The notes below the pieces were generated by a model. That model saw only the letters and a list, made by a program, of their open reading frames with translations. It did not search any database and was not told the origin of the DNA. From Glycera tridactyla (Eukaryota), in assembly GCA_965644265.1 (NCBI GenBank), contig OZ286474.1:12524001-12588000 (forward strand): a DNA stretch of 64,000 bases, in the 5' to 3' direction. Made by a program: the position numbers and the translations under genes. Shown here in pieces: positions 53,955-64,000 of the stretch. Positions within the stretch are counted from its first letter, which is position 1; each line of letters begins with the position of its first letter.

Positions 53955-54183
53955 TGACGTCATAGAATCAACGTCATCAGATGTGCTTGACATAAACCAT
54001 CCGCGTCATTAGAGTTATTTGACGTCAGAAATTCAGTTCTTCAGATGGTCAAGGTCTCGGAAAACAAATGTGAGCAGATGTTTCTGACGTCCAGATATGA
54101 CGTAAGCATATATTGATGACGTCACATTGACATCATCGTTTGATGATGTGAGACATCCACATCATCAGAAGTGTTTGACGTCA
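53955..54183. promoter_or_regulatory. Homotypic cluster of CRE (bZIP) motifs
   Basis: Perfect TGACGTCA at 53955, 54020, 54117 and 54176; variants TGACGTCC (54085), TGACGTAA (54098), TGACATCA (54128) plus half sites. Confidence 0.5.
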
Positions 54184-54226
54184 GACGTTTTTGATAGGCA
54201 ATGTAACAGAAGAGCCAGGTGACCAG

Positions 54227-54495
54227 AGGCCCATTTCACTGAACACGAATATTCCCCCTAATTGTGTGTTTCAGGTGACTTTCACCACCTAACCCCACGT
54301 TAGGGGGATTGCCGATGAATTGTGCTTCACTAAAATTATTCCAACAAAAATAATCCCCCTAAATAGTCCTCCTAAACCAGCTGAACGGCGATTTAGGGGG
54401 ACTGGAATTAGTGGGCGGGAAACCAACTCCTTAATCTCAGGGGGACTTTGAACACCCCCTAATTCAGAAGGACGACCTATTTAGTAAAATTGGTT
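54227..54495. mobile_element. Possible MITE (PIF/Harbinger-like ends)
   Basis: Left AGGCCCATTTCACTGAA and right TTTAGTAAAATTGG are imperfect inverted ends; internal repeated CCCCCTAA/TTAGGGGG motifs in both orientations. Confidence 0.45.
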
Positions 54496-57380
54496 TTGCT
54501 AGTCACTCAATGTATCGTCAACAATATGTTGGCTTTTTTCAGGCACCTATGCGATGACCAAGGGTAGGATGATGAAAGATCCCTTCGTTCTTGGGTCACC
54601 AACGAGAGGAAGACAATTCAGACGGATTCAGACGGATTCGTATGGTTCTTATGTTCAGTAATGCTGATTTTGTCAAGGTTGATTTCGTGAATCCTTGAAA
54701 TGAGGTGTTTCAAATTTGGTATGGCAGGACGACAAGAAGGGACGGTACAAGCAACAGGCACAGGAAGCAACAAACGGAGTCCACTTTTCCCCTCACATAT
54801 ACCATTCAATGATGATTGTGTGAATTTGATGTGCATCATATACGCAAAGGATTGAATGCAAATGCTCTCCAGATGTCTTGTTTATCTTTGTTTTTTTTTT
54901 GTATGAGGCTCAACGGCATGTACCTAGCCTGGGGTTATGTATGCGGTGTGTTCCTAGTTAATGAAAGCTAGATGTTTTTCCCCTGCAGACATCACTCCCA
55001 CAAACCCTTAACACAAGATGATTGAGAACCCGAAGCGCTGTCAAGTGAAAGTAGACAGTTCAGACACACCTCTACCTAATATGAACATACATAATAAACC
55101 TTTGATGGCATATCTAACTATGTAACTGGCTGGAACCTACACCCAAGACTGATAGCAATGCTTTTTTTCCGCAAAGCGCAGCACTGGTCACATGTCTCCA
55201 GATGTCTAGGATACTCATGTGTATGATGAATCAGATAGTAATGATAATTTCATATTGTGTGACGGTGAATGGGTGGTGCGTGAATGAGTAAATATCGAAT
55301 TGTCAGTCGACATTAATCCTCATCATGTCCCACGAAATGTCATAAAGTTGTATGTTGCAAATATAATGGTCAAATATATGGAAATAAAAAATGGATATTT
55401 CAGGAAATGATAGGCAGGACTGATATACAGTCGTGAAGCCTGGAGAAAGTCAACTCAAGCTTGTAAGCATTGTAGAGATAGCAATGATATATTTCACTGT
55501 GGTTTACTATTTGTTCATCAGTCATGATGACTCGGATTTTTCTCTTCTGCACTGTAATCGATGATGGAGGTCATTAGTGACATAATCTTCATGTCAATCA
55601 ACATATCTTGCTTATAGACAAAGAGATTATGGTTAATTTGACTGATCTAACTCAGTCACCCAGCAACGTTAACTGACATCTCCTCCAACAAATGGAAATT
55701 GATAATCCACTTTTCACATTTTTTAAATCAAGACAGGATCACAGTCTGGACAACACATACACACAATACAGATGATAGACACACCATATAACAATAACAC
55801 ATATATAACAAAAAACCATCCACTCAAATGCAATCAAGTGAATAGCAAAACATTGTTCAACAAAATTCATCATCTTTCATCCTCTTGCAGATCTTTTGCT
55901 ATCTCTCTGTACATTCACAAAATACATTGACCAGAGCTACTTCAATTTGGTTGATTGGTTGGTTATGCCATTTTATTGAGATGCATATGCAAGGGACAGG
56001 TTGGGAAGATTCAAGAGATCATTTTCTGGATCCCAAAGAGGAGGTGAACGAATATCGAATTCACCGACAATGAAGGTGAAATGCTATGAGAATCACAAAC
56101 GCTAAATGTGTCATTTCAGACATGGGGTTCAGGAATACTCAGATTCCTGATCAATGAAAGTTGGATTACCTGTCATATGCATGCATCACCATCAGGGTTT
56201 GGAGTGGGGTTATGCCAATTGCACCATTCAATTCGAATCTGTCTTTTTCTTGCATGATCAATAACTGTTCTGTATTTCTTTTTTCCATGTGCCTCATAAA
56301 ACAGCTACCAGGAGAAGGTCAGGAGGTTTCTCAGGGGACCCAAGCCCAAACCACGGGCCGAACCAGCGACACCAGAAAAAGATGCAACTGTTTCACATAA
56401 AATATATCTTCGGCGAATAACTTTGGATCATAGACTTTATACTCCTGTCACAAAACTTTGGATATGTGCCTGTATGCCTGTAGGTCTATGAGTGTCGAAT
56501 CAACAAAATATTTCCGCAACCACCACATCCACGAAGGGAAGACAGTTGAGGAAGCAAAGTATGAATATAAGTCAGATTCCTCGAATACAGCCTGCTGCAT
56601 TCGTAGTAAATGATTGATGACATACATTCATGTTTCTCAATGTCCTTGTACATGCGTTGGTCTTCAATATATTGCACCCATCATTTAAATGGTGGGACAT
56701 TTTATGTAGTATCAACAGGGGTCATCCTGCCTTTTTACGACATTTCAAAATTATCTCATGTAGCTGAACATGAAAATGTGTTCATTTTCCCAAATGAAAT
56801 ATCGCTCCTTTCGTGGATTCGGTGAGCCTTATCAACAGAAATGTGATTATATGAAAGCTATTTCTTTGTTCTCTTCAAACACCAATATATATGATACTGA
56901 GCCATGGTTGAAACAAATGTTGGTGATGAGCGTTTTATATTCTCATTTCTTAGCATCATTATGTTGTCAATATGTGGATCTAATATACATTTGATTCAAA
57001 TATATACTCATACACTCTTCTATCCAAACACATATATATGAACAAAGAATTCGGATTCAATATCATTCATGGAATCAAGTACGGTATATGAACAATGACT
57101 ATTCGCCAATGCTGGCCATATATGATTGGCACACACCCACATACTCACACACACACACAAACACACACTCATACACACACCAGTATCATGTATATTTCAT
57201 GCTTTCAACATATTGCTGAATCATCATACAGTGTCCTTTTGGTATTCCTGGCTGAATATAATGAATATATATGATAAGCATCGCATTCTAATTACATATT
57301 TGATAGATACAATAATTAGCGTGTACTGATGTACCAGAACACGTCCTTCATCAACTTATCGGAAATCTGGGATGAATAGC

Positions 57381-57558
57381 TAGCATCAGATCATTTAATA
57401 TGTTGTCTAACAAGGGAGTCTGCTCACAAACTTATATCATTCCATCCATAACTTCACTCTAGCATCACATTCATTTATTTAATGTTGTCTAACAAGGGAG
57501 TCTGCTCACAAACTTACATTCATTCATCCATATCTCCACTTAAGCATCACATTCATTT
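57381..57558. repeat. About 82-bp tandem duplication (about 2.2 units)
   Basis: ATGTTGTCTAACAAGGGAGTCTGCTCACAAACTTA at 57400 and 57482. Confidence 0.85.
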
Positions 57559-57958
57559 CTATATCCAAACTAATCCATTTGTCAACAGCCGGACTATGTG
57601 GACTTTATAACAGTGTATGCATTTAACATTACATAGCCGCTACAAGACGCAAAATATGTTCGCTATACAAATAAATGTCATCTCCATGTGCTAGGAACTA
57701 TTAATAGTGTATATTCAAATAGTATCTTCCATTACGTGCAGTGCTGGTTCGAAAAGGCTCATCATTCGACTTGACTGAATGTATCTGGCAAGTACACATT
57801 TGGAGAGTTGAGTAATGAGAATGAATTTATGGGACATGTCTCTGAAACGAATAGACAGTTGGTCTAAGATAAGTGAACCTGTGAATACCTAATGCCTGCT
57901 ATAGTCTCTTCCCTGCATGTTTCTTCTCAGTCATCCTCAAAAATCAGGAGAGCGCGAT

Positions 57959-58032
57959 AAAGCTGATGTTCAGCAAGACATTGTCAAGATAACCAAAAGC
58001 TGATGTTCAGCAAGACATTGTCAAGATAACCA
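57959..58032. repeat. Perfect 37-bp tandem duplication downstream of the minus-strand gene stop
   Basis: AAAGCTGATGTTCAGCAAGACATTGTCAAGATAACCA twice. Confidence 0.95.
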
Positions 58033-58248
58033 GAAAAAGAAACCAGTCAGAACCCTCTTATCAGACCATCCAGCAAATGCTCCAGTTGAAATACATCTGC
58101 ATAGAAAAATATAACTCTAATATAAGCGCCCTGAAGGATTTGAGTGTAGTCGAAGCAATTGAATGTGTAATGAAATAACATTTCTAATACTGTAAAACAG
58201 TATATACATCCTAGTTATACTTATACATACAAACTTACAAACTAGCTT

Positions 58249-61200
58249 TCACACATCTGGATCTTCCTCTATCCATGGTGGCGGTGATGGTGGTGACGGT
58301 GTGGATGATGGTACGGATGGTGGCTGCGGAAGCAAAGGTAGTGATGGTGGTGATGGAGATCGTGGAGGAGGTAACTCTCCAGGAATGTTATGGTATCTAT
58401 GACTACGCTGACTTTCTATGGTGTTCGGATCAAAACGTTTTGGAAGTAATGTATCCTCACTTAATCGGGTGGTTCGCGTCCCATCTCCCCCATAGGGGTA
58501 TCCGCGGGATGGGCCACCATTAGTTCGTATAGTACCACGTGTGGAATCACCACCTCTATATAATCTAGTAGTGGATTTACAGTCTTTAGCTAGTGTACAT
58601 GTATTGTCCTCCTCCCCATATTTTGCTCTTGCGATACGGCGTGAGGCTGCAGCATCATACAGCGCATACTCAGGTTCCGTGGTTGGAACTGGTGCTCTGC
58701 AATATTTCAACTCTGACCTGCAAATGAAGTGAGAACAGATGTTAGATAAAGTTGCAATCCATGGTTTGCTTGAATATTCTATCCCTTACATTGCTATCAA
58801 CAGAAACGATAGGAATATAAAATAATAATGATAATTATTATCATTATGAGAATGATAATATATATACATCACAGATGGGATAGATGTAGTGCTTATGAGT
58901 GGGGTTTATTCCAATAGATGGTTGAGTGGGTAGACAGAAAGACAGGCGGGTAGGTGGTTGGGTTCCCAGCATAAAGTTGAAAATGATGACAATGGCAGGC
59001 ACTCGAAGTGTCATTTCTGACAAAAAAGGAGGTTATTAGGAAGGGTAATGAAACCAGTGCTTAGTGTTCAATACGGTTGGTCACCAGAAATGAGTGAAAA
59101 TCTTATCGACGGAAACATAGAGAAGATAGAGGCACACAGTTCGCGTGACTGACTCTGTTACCCCCAAATAACACACCAGATGAGAGGTCAAATATCAGTC
59201 AAAGAAAAAGGTGAGTCACTTGAGACTCAATCTTACTAAAAACCTGTTATACCAGAGTAAAATGTGATGATATCATGATATATGTATCATCTGAACCTGA
59301 ATTTGAAGATATTATTGTGTCTTTTCTACATGTCATACCCCAGACCACTTCTTTTCTGTGATGACTCCAGTTTCAACATAGAGCACCACACAGACACGCT
59401 GGCTGAAGCTGATTATAATTGGCTAGTCACTTCACTCGTTAACCATAAAATATACTTACTGTTTCACACATACAACTCCAACAATTGCAACACACAACAC
59501 GATTCCAAACGTAACAATTGAAAGTAGAATTAGTGCCATCTCTGAAAAAAAAAAAAAATTCCAATACAGAATGAAAGGTAGGAAATCTGAGAATAAACAA
59601 CAAATAGCAATTACAGGATACATGGGGAGTGTATTTCTCAATAATGTACTGCCAACACTGGTCCGGAGGTAGGGATTACAACATGGTGCAAGTTGTGATG
59701 ATGGAATGATTGCTTGGAATGATTGTATGTTTGAAGCTGGAAGAGATTCTTGTGACTGGTGTATCTGTTTACTTTGTCATATTTGTGAGAGTTGTCGAGC
59801 AATGTGTTAGTGATTGAAATAGTTGTTGAGTGGGAGCCATTTTTGGGTAAATCTCCAATCTAGGACTGATGAGGCTGATTCTTATCCAATGTGTAAGTAC
59901 TGACTTCATGAATTGCCATCACTCCATGTTCACACAGTATGATTTGTGGTACTGCTTCATTAAGTCATTGCCAAAAATATAACATCGAACTTCTAATAAA
60001 TATCAACCCCTGTCAATGCAGCTCTCTTTACGCTTGTATTGGAATGAAGATATGGATATGTGACTACTTACCCCAAGAGAATGAAGTGATAGGTTGATTG
60101 AAAAGATCCTTCATTGGCGCGCTATCGCTGGTCACTGAAAACCGAGTAAAGTCAATATATACATTGCTGTATGACTTAAGAAAAAGAAATCATAATTAGA
60201 AGAGTCTATATATTAGTGAAAAGGGTCTGTGTGACAAGCGAGAAAGTCAGGATGAGATTACTCCGTAGGCAGAAACTTGAAGAACCATCATGCTATCCTG
60301 TAACTTATTCACCTCAACTTCTATTCAGGATTCCGAAAATGCTACAGTCCAATGGAGATGATCCCCATCAGATGAGAATATTCATCTTATCTCCAATATA
60401 TTCCACGAATCTAGGTATGCTTATTTCGAAAACTATTGTAGATTTCATCCCAATCGTTATAAAGTCTGTCAAATCCAAATGTGGCGGGTACGTTTCAGAT
60501 GCTAAGTTCGCCAATTTTCGTCCGATCACAGTTTTAATGGCACGAATCTATCGGAGAGGTCTTCCGGCGATTATCGAATCTGGTTCCAGACAGTCTGCAT
60601 GCTTTTGAAAAAAGATTAGGCCATCATTTCATTGGATTTTTACGACGAATCCGCTGGCATTATCGTCTGATTTTCTCTATGTGAAACAATAGAGATACGG
60701 CCGCCGCACCTGCCGCGAAACCAGCGTGAAATCGACATATTTGGCGTTATAAGGGGAAATATAGAAGAAAACGTCGCCAAGATCACATTCCGAATCGTCG
60801 GAGGTGTCAACAATGCCCGTGTGTGAGTCTCACTTCAATCCGATGCGAATTCGCGATGCTAGGGCGAAAAACGTACCCGCCACAACGAAGCTTGACAGAC
60901 TATAGATGACTTCATTTTCTCTGTCTAAACTGACAGTTCACATAACTGTGATATTGATTCCATTTCTTTGTTCGGAGGGCGAAGATGATATCTATATTTG
61001 ATTCATTCATAGTTTGGTTATTTTACGACTTCTCATCACCACCACACAGGCTATATGGAGATGTCAGTGCAAGCATTCCATGAGGAAGATTCGTGAAATT
61101 AATACCCGGAGAAGGGAACTCGGATTGGCTCATATATACTCATATATATATATATATCCATATATACCACATCAGTCTCATGATCGATGTGTCACTGATA

Positions 61201-62298
61201 AGACGGAAATGACCGAAATCACCGGCCCATATGAAACACCATACTTCTTTCTGCCAAGAGGTGAAAGAACACACTGATGTACCTAGGTGAAACATTGGAT
61301 ACGAATTTATGGTACATACCTGGTTTGTTGACACCGACTTTGGCAGAGCAGTCAGGGGCAGGGCCAGTCCACACTGTACCATTACAGTTGAGAGTCCACT
61401 GATCCCCACTGATATCACACTGGTATTTTACGACATCACCTTTACGTTCAACAGATGCACCTTCTACCAGCTCAGGATCCGTACACCCAACAACTAGAAA
61501 CAAAAAGTATGCAAAATGAGGAAAAGGGGAAGTGGACTAGAATATATGATAACCACATGGGATGGCATGCATTTTAGAAGGCTCAAGATCTATATGGCAG
61601 GTCCAATTATTTCCTATGTTCTCCTGGTCAGAGATCAAGATAGGTTTGGATCTAGCCTAAGTCAGGGTGGGGTTAGGTTCAGATGTCCTCATGATCGTAC
61701 CAGAACTTGCAGTCCATGCAGACAAAACCAAAGACTCCTAAAGTGCATGTGCCACACCACAAAAAAATCTGAATTTGCAGCATATTCATTGAGAGATTCA
61801 TCCCAGGCTTGACCCAAACTCGAGTCACAATAGAATAGACAAAGCAACAGCTATAGAGATTATATCCCACGAAAACCATAATTAATTCTGATGTTTCACC
61901 GAGATTTGTTCGTTATGTTGCAATATAGTATCCATGCAAATCCAATGCTGACACACACCCTCATATATTGACAAGGCTTCACATATATATTATATGGTAA
62001 TTAAATCAAAGTATGTGGATTTGGTGATAACATAGATAACATAGATTATATGCAAGGTGAGTATCTGAGAGGAAGATGCAATGTTTCGTCGATTAGGAGT
62101 GATTCATTTCAATTGAAGATTGTTAGATATAAACATAAGAAAATTGTATATCTTACATTCATAATGAAGGACGAAGTATTTATCTTGACCAGCGATATCA
62201 ACCACTCGTAATTCCAGTGCATTTCCTGATGATAGATATACATTCTCCTCCCGGGCTCGCCCGCCACACACTGTAGTACTCTTCTGAGTTGCTGGCTC
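58249..62298 (-). CDS. Divergent family member (CUB-Sushi-TM, long Tyr/Pro-rich tail); 5' exons not found in window
   Basis: Minus-strand GT-AG exons 62298-62157 (EPATQKSTTVCGGRAREENVYLSSGNALELRVV..YFVLHYE, phase 0-1), 61493-61320 (Sushi FVGCTDP..C..C.GTVWTGPAPDC, 1-1), 59541-59460 (82-nt TM exon, 1-2), 58717-58249 (tail to TGA). Phases match the array genes; no stalk exon found. Confidence 0.85.
60460..60904. mobile_element. MITE with about 37-bp imperfect TIRs, in an intron of the minus-strand gene
   Basis: Left TAAAGTCTGTCAAATCCAAATGTGGCGGGTACGTTT; right AAACGTACCCGCCACAACGAAGCTTGACAGACTATA. Non-coding 445 bp. Confidence 0.8.
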
Positions 62299-63544
62299 CT
62301 GCAAGCATGAAAACAATGTCTGTAAATGACTGCCAGGTCATCAATTCACCCACAGCTATGGTTTTTTTGTGAGAATTTATTCAGATAGCAACTGAATACA
62401 ATCGTTTCAGGAGCTACATGGCAATCAGTGATAACAGTAACTTAACTAGGCAACTAGCACACCTCAACATTGGTCGAAGAATACAGATAGAGTGGAGGGG
62501 ACAGGAAGGGAACAGGTTCGAGGGGATAGAATAGAAAGCCTGGGAACACGTTCTGTGAGTTACTGCCAGGTTAGCAATCGACCCACAGCTATTACACCTT
62601 CACGTTAATCCAGTGTGTAATGAATTATTTCAGTGATGATACTCATCACTGACAAGTATCAATTGTCAATTGTATTTTTTTCTGATGAGACAGATACTTT
62701 ATCGTATCGAATAAAATCTCGAAGTTTCCGACGCATTGAATATCAATCTGGCCATTTTTGAAAAAATTCGGATTCCAATGTTGGATCCTCTTAAATAGTA
62801 GTATCCCACACGTGCGCAATACCTGATTCACGGTCTTTCCTGGTTTATACAATTTCACTCTCTCCATTATTGGTTTAAGTCAGCACATTCTTTCACCCAT
62901 GCTTTCGACAACGGAGTGCTTGCTACACGGGCAAATTAAGAGGTCCATATGTTCATCTGCACTAAATATCTAAGTGTTGATATGGGGAAGAGTCTGGGTA
63001 TGGGTTTGGTGCTGAATCTAAAGTTTGTTGATTCTGTGGGTGGTTCATGTCTGGTCAACAGAATAAATCTGCTATATTAGGACGCATGCTATATTGAGAA
63101 TCAACTCCAATATTCATGATCGACTATTCTCGCACACAGACACAAAACACCGGCAAAATACAACGCAGTGCAAAAATTGGCATTTTTCAATCATTGGCAT
63201 GTGCATCCTGCATTCAGTTGTGAAATCTGATACATTCATGTGAGAAATATTTTAGGGATGTATATTGATGCAAGTCGGCTCTTCTGATCTTCACACATAT
63301 TGTATGTTTGACATATTTCTAGCTGCTCTTTCGCTATGGGAAATAAATTCGATGGATAACTCATGGTCATGTAGGGCATTTAGGGCATTCTATCCGGTTC
63401 TTCTTAAAGGCATCCTTGACATGAAGGCATTGTGAATACATGATCACGGGAAAGAACAAAAAAATAATAGTTCATGGGAATACATTCATGGATGGGCAAC
63501 TTCGGACGTATTTTATTATTTTTCAGAGATATCTAAATATATCA

Positions 63545-63670
63545 TTTCTCTGTGAAATTAGTACTTTTGTTCATTGACTGAGTCACATTATTTGCTGCTG
63601 AGTAAAATATAAATTTCCTCTGTGAAATTGCTATTTTGATTATTGACTGAGTCACATTATTTGCTGCTCA
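63545..63670. repeat. About 69-bp tandem duplication carrying TGAGTCA (AP-1-like) in each unit
   Basis: CTCTGTGAAATT at 63548/63618; ATTGACTGAGTCACATTATTTGCTGCT twice; TGAGTCA at 63579 and 63648. Confidence 0.8.
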
Positions 63671-64000
63671 CTATAAATATTGTTTTTCATTATGATAAAA
63701 GCCTTTACAGATATCTTACGTAACAAGTATCAGAACCCATGCGTAATACTGTATATTATCTCTCCCGGAATTACTGCATATGTATTATGAATCAAGTAGT
63801 CCATGTGCGAGTGGCAAGACCGTGAAATGTGTTGTTCCCTTCATGATGCAACCTTGCCTAGGTATATTTGAGTTGTCATAGTTAGTTGTTTGAATGCATT
63901 ATGAATTCTTATAAAACGGCTGCGCTAAAAGTCTCATGATAGTGTTTATCAATTTTTCTATATTTACCTTGATGATGGCATAGACAGGACACACTGTAGG

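Noticed and set aside
44700-58200. Protein-coding genes in the interval between the convergent genes
   Set aside because: The short ORFs lack recognisable domains or consistent splice structure and many overlap SINE/MITE fragments.
61140-61254. Stalk exon for the minus-strand gene after a good-looking acceptor near 61254
   Set aside because: The required phase-1 frame stops after ERSMVFHMGR and no compatible donor was found.

Overview
Animal genomic DNA (AT-rich, spliceosomal GT-AG introns, five N gaps); the gene family suggests a lophotrochozoan, possibly an annelid, but that is inference. The window is dominated by a head-to-tail tandem array of five paralogous + strand genes (1868-44692, about 9-10 kb period). 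I reconstructed them exon by exon. Each encodes a type I membrane protein: signal peptide, SUEL/Gal_Lectin domain, CUB-like domain, Sushi/CCP-like domain, acidic stalk, one TM helix, and a Tyr/Pro-motif tail ending RPLPPEP-x4-CNV. Exon sizes are nearly invariant (73/142/152/233/139/204-210/102/82/235 nt). Copy 1 lacks its 5' exons in this window; copy 5 has a +1 frameshift as sequenced. A sixth, divergent member runs convergently on the minus strand (58249-62298, 5' part not found). The rest is a 5'-truncated LINE, MITE- and SINE-like repeats, a 49-bp minisatellite and many microsatellites. Most interesting: variable lectin heads on a conserved CUB/TM/tail chassis, two tail classes differing by a Phe/Tyr switch, a three-block motif conserved upstream of all four visible start codons, tail-exon gene conversion, two independent lesions predicting TM-less products, and CRE and RFX X-box motif clusters between the convergent genes. 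No prokaryotic systems, CRISPR arrays, rRNA or tRNA genes were found.
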